Shown here piece by piece: positions 6,283-10,880 of a DNA stretch of 10,880 nt. Each line of letters starts with the position of its first letter. Within the stretch, counting starts at the first letter, position 1. The position numbers were made by a program, and so were the translations under genes. The DNA is from an uncultured Bdellovibrio sp. Lineage in GTDB: Bacteria; Bdellovibrionota; Bdellovibrionia; Bdellovibrionales; Bdellovibrionaceae. The notes beneath the pieces are model-generated. The model worked only from the letters and a program-made list of their open reading frames with translations. It was not told the DNA's origin and ran no database searches. The DNA lies in the NCBI GenBank assembly GCA_964569545.1, contig CAZMVK010000095.1:1-10880 (forward strand), given 5' to 3'.

Positions 6283-7413
6283 ATGAAATCATTGACTGGA
6301 ATTTTAGTATCGTCTGGTGAAAATCAAAACAGACAACAGGTTGATCTTGCATTTCACGGTTGCAACCTAAATATCTCAGCTGATATTTCGAATCTTTTGT
6401 TGTTGAGTTTGCCTATTTCAAGTCTTGATTTCCATCTAGGTGGTAGTAATTTGTTGTTTATTACCTCAAATAGCTTGGGGGAAAATACGCTTTATGTCGA
6501 AGCCTCTGCTGAAAACTTTAGACAACTTGAGGCGGCTGCTGAAATTGGTAAAAAACTGGCTGCGATAAAAAAACAGAGAAAAATATCAGCCTTGCAAACG
6601 ACAGTTTGGTTATCACTTGCAATTGGGATATTTGCAGGCTTGGTCCTATTCAGAGGGCCCATATTTGGTGGGCTTGGAACTCTTTTTCCGTTTTCATGGG
6701 AAAAGAAAATTGCCGATGAAGTATTCAACCCCAAATTGACCCGCGAACAAATGGAACTGACGCAGAAACTTGCAGAGCTAGTTGCTTATTTAAAAATGGA
6801 TGAAAAAAGTTGGCCAGAAAAATTTGTTGTGCATATTTCTTCTGACAAAGAACTCAATGCCTATGCCACTCTTGGCGGGCATTTATTTATCACTCGAGGC
6901 CTCATCGAAGAGCTTGATCGACCAGAGCAATTGTTGGGTGTTTTAGCCCATGAAATGGTTCATGTGCAAAAACGACATGTTGTTCGTTTGGTCTTTCAAG
7001 GTCTGGGTTTATTTACCGTCTTCCAGCTGATTCTTGGTGATGTCTCGGGCCTGGTCGCAATTGCGGTTGACCAAGGCGGTCCTTTGTTTAATTTGCAATA
7101 TTCTAGGACTTTAGAAGCTGAAGCTGATCAACTGGGGATCCGGCTATTGATACAAAATCAAATCGACCCCCGTGGCCTTCCGGAAAGTCTGAAACTAATG
7201 TCTGATCACCAAAAGACTATTTTAAAACAAACCCCAGGTGGTGAGACGCTTGAAAAAATTGGGGACATTGAGTTTATTAGCTCTCATCCCGAGTTGGAAA
7301 AGCGAATTCACAGTTTACAACAAATCACTGAAATCGGCGCGGCAGAGATGAAGATTAAAAAGATAGAATTTGATTATGTGAATTTTAAACAAAGGGTAAA
7401 GGAGGTTTTTTAA
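6283..7413 (+). CDS. M48-family zinc metallopeptidase (HtpX/Oma1-like membrane protease) with an N-terminal extension of about 100 aa and one TM segment
   Basis: HExxH zinc motif LAHEMVHVQKRH (nt about 6949-6963) and a downstream EAEAD motif (LEAEADQLGIRLL), typical of peptidase M48. Hydrophobic segment ALQTTVWLSLAIGIFAGLVLFRGPIFGGLGTLFPF. Weak RBS at ATG 6283. The stop (7411-7413) lies 2 nt before the next gene. Confidence 0.8.
   Translation: MKSLTGILVSSGENQNRQQVDLAFHGCNLNISADISNLLLLSLPISSLDFHLGGSNLLFITSNSLGENTLYVEASAENFRQLEAAAEIGKKLAAIKKQRKISALQTTVWLSLAIGIFAGLVLFRGPIFGGLGTLFPFSWEKKIADEVFNPKLTREQMELTQKLAELVAYLKMDEKSWPEKFVVHISSDKELNAYATLGGHLFITRGLIEELDRPEQLLGVLAHEMVHVQKRHVVRLVFQGLGLFTVFQLILGDVSGLVAIAVDQGGPLFNLQYSRTLEAEADQLGIRLLIQNQIDPRGLPESLKLMSDHQKTILKQTPGGETLEKIGDIEFISSHPELEKRIHSLQQITEIGAAEMKIKKIEFDYVNFKQRVKEVF
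7399..7405 (+). promoter_or_regulatory. Strong Shine-Dalgarno (AAGGAGG) for the first AIM24 paralog, embedded in the 3' end of the M48 gene (translational coupling)
   Basis: The sequence gggtaAAGGAGGttttttaattATGg places the SD 10 nt upstream of ATG 7416. Confidence 0.7.
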
Positions 7414-7415
7414 TT

Positions 7416-8096
7416 ATGGAAAAACCAATTTCAAAGGTCGAATGCATTGGATCCTCATCATTTGGGATGCTGAAAGCTTCTATTGCTCCAAATCACGTTT
7501 TAGTGGTGGAACCCGGAGCGATGGCCAGCCAAGACGTCGGGATTGAATGTGTGATTGATGTGAACGGAGGAATTTTATCCGCTATTATGGCAAAATTTTT
7601 TGGCAAAGAGAGCTTCTTTATCAGTTACTATAAAAACAACTCTCAAGCCCCTCAAGAAATTTATTTTACACAGGCAACCCCTGGGCAAATTGTTGAGAAA
7701 GAATTAAAAAATGAACGAATTTATCTTGAGCCCGGGTCATTTATTGCTCGCGTCCCGCAAGTTCAAAGCAAAGTCGTTTGGGCTGGTTTTGCTAGTTTCT
7801 TTGCCGGCGAGGGTTTGTTTCGTTTGTGTTTTCAAGGTTCTGGTAAAATTTGGTATGGGGCTTATGGTGCCGTTATTGAAAAGGAAATCGTCGGAGACTA
7901 TATCGTTGACTCGGGCCATTTGCTATCCTACCCGCCTACCATCCATTTATCAATCCGACTGTCAGGCGGTATTTTTTCCAGTATTTTTTCCGGTGAAGGA
8001 TTTGTTCTGAAACTATCTGGCTCGGGTAAAATTCAATTGCAAACGCGCAACGTAAAGGGGTTAGCTCAATGGCTAAACCCAAGGTTTTGGGGGTAA
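7416..8096 (+). CDS. AIM24/TIGR00266 (DUF124) family protein, paralog 1
   Basis: 226-aa ORF with the family's characteristic glycine-rich repeats ...FFAGEGLFRLCFQGSGKIWYGAYGAVIEKEIVGDYIVDSGHLLSY...FSGEGFVLKLSGSGKIQLQTRN. Confidence 0.85.
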   Translation: MEKPISKVECIGSSSFGMLKASIAPNHVLVVEPGAMASQDVGIECVIDVNGGILSAIMAKFFGKESFFISYYKNNSQAPQEIYFTQATPGQIVEKELKNERIYLEPGSFIARVPQVQSKVVWAGFASFFAGEGLFRLCFQGSGKIWYGAYGAVIEKEIVGDYIVDSGHLLSYPPTIHLSIRLSGGIFSSIFSGEGFVLKLSGSGKIQLQTRNVKGLAQWLNPRFWG

Positions 8097-8098
8097 TC

Positions 8099-8776
8099 AT
8101 GGACATTGAAATTAAATATGCACCTTCTGGGACCGCGGCCATTTGCAAGCTTAATCCTGGCGAAGTTTTGGTTGCCGAGAGCGGTGCTTTGATGGCGCTA
8201 AAAGGAAAAGTTCAATTTGAAACCACCACTCGTCAGCGAACAGGTGGCGGAGTCATAGCGGGGGTAAAGCGACTAGTCAGTGGCGAATCTTTTTTCATCA
8301 ATAAATTCACTGCCAAAGAAGACTGCCAAGTATGGCTTGGCACAGCTCTGCCAGGCGATATCTCTGTTCATGAGTTGAGAGGAGAAAAATTCATTATTCA
8401 AGGCGGCAGTTATATTGCCTGTGAAGAAACGGTTCACATAGATTTAGAGTGGCAAGGATTGAAAACTTTATTTTCAGGTGAAAGCCTTTTCTGGGTAAAA
8501 GCTAAAGGCCACGGCAAAGTGTTGATTGGAAGTTTTGGATTTATCTATCCTATCCAAGTCAAGGGCGAATACCTGGTCGACACTAGTCACATCGTTGCCT
8601 TTGAGGAAACTCTTGATTTTGAAATTTCAAAAAACAATCGATCTTGGCTCGGAGCTTTGCTTGGTGGTGAAGGTTTTGTTTGCCGCTTTCGCGGCAATGG
8701 AACAGTTTGGTGTCAAAGCCACAATCCAAAGGCCTTTGGCTATACCTTGCGACCTTATTTGAAGAAAAAAACTTAG
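8099..8776 (+). CDS. AIM24/TIGR00266 (DUF124) family protein, paralog 2
   Basis: Start chosen at ATG 8099 (MDIEIKYAPSG...), 2 nt after the upstream stop, because its N-terminus aligns with paralog 3 (MMSFKIEHKPEF...). The track's alternative ATG at 8069 would overlap paralog 1. Motifs ...FSGESLFWVKAKGHGKVLIGSFG...YLVDTSHIVAFEE...LLGGEGFVCRFRGNGTVWCQS. Confidence 0.8.
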   Translation: MDIEIKYAPSGTAAICKLNPGEVLVAESGALMALKGKVQFETTTRQRTGGGVIAGVKRLVSGESFFINKFTAKEDCQVWLGTALPGDISVHELRGEKFIIQGGSYIACEETVHIDLEWQGLKTLFSGESLFWVKAKGHGKVLIGSFGFIYPIQVKGEYLVDTSHIVAFEETLDFEISKNNRSWLGALLGGEGFVCRFRGNGTVWCQSHNPKAFGYTLRPYLKKKT

Positions 8777-8792
8777 CAACCCGGAGCTTAAA

Positions 8793-9461
8793 ATGATGTC
8801 ATTTAAAATTGAACATAAACCAGAATTTGCTTGGTTGTCAGTTGTCGTGCCTGCCAAAAAAAAGCTTTTTGTCGAGGCCTCCGCGATGGCCGCAATGTCG
8901 ACAAATATGTCCATGCGGGCCTTATTTAAAGGAGGCCTAAAGCGTTTTTTATCCAAAGAAAATTTATTTATTTCAGAATTTACCGCTGATCGAATTGATG
9001 GCGAAGTTTGTATTGCCCCCGGTCCGAATGGAGATATCGGACATTTTTTATTAAACGGAGAAGTAGTTTATTTGGCTTCTACCAGTTTTGTCGCCCACAC
9101 CGAAGGCGTCTCTTATGAAACAAAATTTCAAAAATTGTCCCAAGGTCTTCTGGGGGGAGCTGGATGGTTTTTAATTAAAATGACTGGAACCGGAGATGTT
9201 TGGTTTAATTCATACGGAGCTCTGGTTGAGCTGGATGTCACCGATGACTTAGTCGTCGACAACGGACACATCGTGGCCTTTACCGAAGGGGTTCAGTATG
9301 ACATTACACGTATTGGTGGGTACAAATCTCTGCTCTTTTCTGGCGAAGGCTTTGTCTGTCGGTTTCGTGGTAACGGTAAGGTCTATATCCAAACCAAAAA
9401 ACCAGCGGCACTCATTTCCTGGGCCTCTCGATTCCGAATTGTCAAAAGATCAAGTAACTAA
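8793..9461 (+). CDS. AIM24/TIGR00266 (DUF124) family protein, paralog 3
   Basis: 222-aa ORF with GGAG 6 nt upstream of the ATG. Motifs ...LLGGAGWFLIKMTGTGDVWFNSYG...LVVDNGHIVAFTEG...LFSGEGFVCRFRGNGKVYIQT. GEGFVCRFRGNG is identical to paralog 2. Confidence 0.85.
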   Translation: MMSFKIEHKPEFAWLSVVVPAKKKLFVEASAMAAMSTNMSMRALFKGGLKRFLSKENLFISEFTADRIDGEVCIAPGPNGDIGHFLLNGEVVYLASTSFVAHTEGVSYETKFQKLSQGLLGGAGWFLIKMTGTGDVWFNSYGALVELDVTDDLVVDNGHIVAFTEGVQYDITRIGGYKSLLFSGEGFVCRFRGNGKVYIQTKKPAALISWASRFRIVKRSSN

Positions 9462-9468
9462 AGAAATT

Positions 9469-9480
9469 TTTTGTACAAAA
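9469..9480. repeat. Perfect 12-bp AT palindrome TTTTGTACAAAA in the convergent intergenic region
   Basis: Sequence ...aagaaattTTTTGTACAAAActagag..., 8 bp after the AIM24-3 stop and 64 bp before the stop of the convergent minus-strand gene. Confidence 0.6.
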
Positions 9481-9544
9481 CTAGAGCTTGGTGCTGATTG
9501 TTTTTAATGAGCAGTAAATGACACTCTTTGAGAGCACGCCCAGG

Positions 9545-10531
9545 TTATTGGATATTTTGTTTTTCTTGGTGGTGTTTGTATTGAACATATAAAAATGCTC
9601 CCCAAATGCCCATGCCAAATTGTCCAATTTGTAGTGCTGTCATAGCTGATGGGCCGATGGCGCCAGAGTTGGGTGCTACGAGGTTAAATAAAAAGAAAGA
9701 GGCAGCTTGCCCGACACCAATTCCTGCTGGAGAGATTGGAATTGCTTGTACGATAAAAGCAATAGGAACGACAAAAAGATAGGTTGCGTAACTGACGTCT
9801 GAGGCTTGCAACAGGTGGCCTGCGTAAATGAAAAAACCAATAGTACATATCTGTGCAAAGAAACTTAGTAATAAAGTAATCCAAAAAATTTTTTTATTGT
9901 TTTTATATGCGGCAAGGCAATGGATGGTCTGTAAAAGATGTTGGCCTTTGGGTAGTTTTTCAATTGCTCTGTGTATTATTTTATTTGTGGATAGGTTGGT
10001 GTGTAAAAGACAAAAAATGCCAATAATAAAAAGTATAGTAATGCTAAAAAGCGCGACGGCAATGTGTTTTGTTGTAGGATTGGCCAACATAAGATTCAGC
10101 TGGCTTAGTATTGAAATGCTTGCCATTAAAATCAGGGCAAAGAGGCCGATGAGTCGGTCGATCAATACTGTTATTGCAGCGCCAATTTTATATTGATGTG
10201 ATTTCCTGGTGATATAATAGCCTTTGATAAGGTCGCCTCCGACGCCGCCAGGCATGGCAAAATTAAAGAATGTACCAATCAATGTGAGGTCCCAAACCTG
10301 TCTGTAGGGAATTTGAATTTGTTGGGACCTAAGCAATAAGTGCCAGCGCTTACTTGTGAGGGCAAAATTGAAAAGAATAAGAATAGTGCCGATGATCAAA
10401 AATTCTGGAGTGAGTAGTTTGTTGAGAGAGCTGAATTCGAGACGGCCACTTTGAATAAGCCAAAAAATCAAGCCCACCGCAAAAATAATTTTGGCGCTGA
10501 GTGTGGCAACTTTTTTAATCTTGCGACGCAT
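9545..10531 (-). CDS. Polytopic membrane protein with a lysylphosphatidylglycerol-synthase-TM-like (UPF0104 / flippase-like) domain
   Basis: 328-aa ORF with at least 8 hydrophobic segments. Conserved AMPGGVGGDLIKGYY motif (PGGxGxxE/D), as in LPG_synthase_TM-domain proteins. AAGGA RBS 7 nt before the ATG (revcomp gaAAGGAttatcccATG). Lies next to a dTDP-sugar pathway gene. Confidence 0.8.
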   Translation of the reverse strand: MRRKIKKVATLSAKIIFAVGLIFWLIQSGRLEFSSLNKLLTPEFLIIGTILILFNFALTSKRWHLLLRSQQIQIPYRQVWDLTLIGTFFNFAMPGGVGGDLIKGYYITRKSHQYKIGAAITVLIDRLIGLFALILMASISILSQLNLMLANPTTKHIAVALFSITILFIIGIFCLLHTNLSTNKIIHRAIEKLPKGQHLLQTIHCLAAYKNNKKIFWITLLLSFFAQICTIGFFIYAGHLLQASDVSYATYLFVVPIAFIVQAIPISPAGIGVGQAASFFLFNLVAPNSGAIGPSAMTALQIGQFGMGIWGAFLYVQYKHHQEKQNIQ

Positions 10532-10644
10532 GGGATAATCCTTTCGGCTGGTTTCGGATATTACTGAGGCTTGTGCTTGATGACAATGAGTTTTAGGTAG
10601 TAGTTTGGGGCTTTGAGCTAATGTGAAATGGACTGAGGGTTAAA

Positions 10645-10880
10645 ATGAAAAAACATTTGCTGGTCACCGGTGGTGCAGGTTTTATTGGTAGTAATTTTGT
10701 ACATTTGGCGGTGGCTCATGGCTATCAGGTAACTATTTTGGATGCCTTGACCTATGCAGGTCATGAGGCGAATATTCGGGATTGTATTGCTTCTGGAAAA
10801 TGTCAGTTGATTCGCGGGCGTATTGAAGATGCTGAGTTTGTGAATAGTTTGTTTGCTCAGAATAAATTTAGTTCAATAGT
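10645..10880 (+). CDS. rfbB: dTDP-glucose 4,6-dehydratase, N-terminal 78 codons; the 3' end runs off the window
   Basis: MKKHLLVTGGAGFIGSNFVHLAVAHGYQVTILDALTYAGHEANI... gives a Rossmann TGGAGFIGS motif and the LDxLTYAG signature typical of RmlB/RfbB. GAGGG lies 5 nt before the ATG. Omitted from the ORF track, presumably because it is edge-truncated. Confidence 0.85.
   Translation, partial: MKKHLLVTGGAGFIGSNFVHLAVAHGYQVTILDALTYAGHEANIRDCIASGKCQLIRGRIEDAEFVNSLFAQNKFSSI

Noticed and set aside
4376-6734. Minus-strand ORFs 4376-4585, 5350-5625 and 6492-6734, and the plus-strand ORF 5943-6281
   Set aside because: All overlap strongly supported plus-strand genes (flotillin, M48) in antisense or alternate frames. 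The 5943-6281 frame is only open because it starts inside flotillin; after the flotillin stop it has no start codon until near its end.
3900-9470. Apparent GC shift (about 42% in the flotillin/M48/AIM24 cassette versus about 30% in the left 2 kb) as evidence of horizontal acquisition
   Set aside because: Spot counts show the DUF2062 gene is also about 40% GC. The AT-rich stretches coincide with Lys/Asn/Ile-rich coiled-coil and Ile/Leu/Phe-rich TM proteins. The difference is explained by amino-acid composition and is not a reliable HGT signal without codon-level analysis.
7711-9507. Internal or antisense ORFs within the AIM24 array (7711-8010, 7737-7919, 7936-8148, 8526-8762, 8627-8956, 9298-9507), and the alternative ATG 8069 start for AIM24-2
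   Set aside because: They overlap the three AIM24 reading frames, whose family motifs are unambiguous. The 8069 start would overlap paralog 1 by 28 nt and add an N-terminal extension not shared by paralog 3.
9676-10196. ORFs 9676-9858 (-), 9684-9884 (-) and 9828-10196 (+)
   Set aside because: Nested in or antisense to the 328-aa polytopic membrane protein (9545-10531) that carries the conserved PGGVGGD motif.

Overview
AT-rich bacterial chromosomal segment, probably from a Gram-negative organism, with about 88% of the window coding. Reading left to right: (i) a minus-strand gene pair, a large membrane-anchored AsmA-like/coiled-coil protein that runs off the left edge plus a small DUF2062-type membrane protein, resembling the uncharacterised TIGR03545/TIGR03546 pair. 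(ii) a degraded IS481-family insertion sequence in the divergent intergenic region, whose transposase has lost its ATG, is frameshifted at an A6 run and appears internally deleted. (iii) a plus-strand cassette of a flotillin/SPFH protein carrying an unusual 4-5x tandem amplification of its N-terminal SPFH hairpin motif, then a 270-bp ORF-poor spacer, then a tightly coupled operon of an M48 (HExxH) membrane metallopeptidase and three diverged AIM24/TIGR00266 paralogs in tandem. (iv) a convergent UPF0104/LPG-synthase-TM-like polytopic membrane protein. (v) the 5' end of rmlB/rfbB (dTDP-glucose 4,6-dehydratase), which starts a surface-polysaccharide locus. No rRNA, tRNA or CRISPR was seen. The most interesting candidate system is the flotillin + M48 protease + 3x AIM24 membrane cassette, which sits next to the IS remnant and has a T13 homopolymer in its promoter region.
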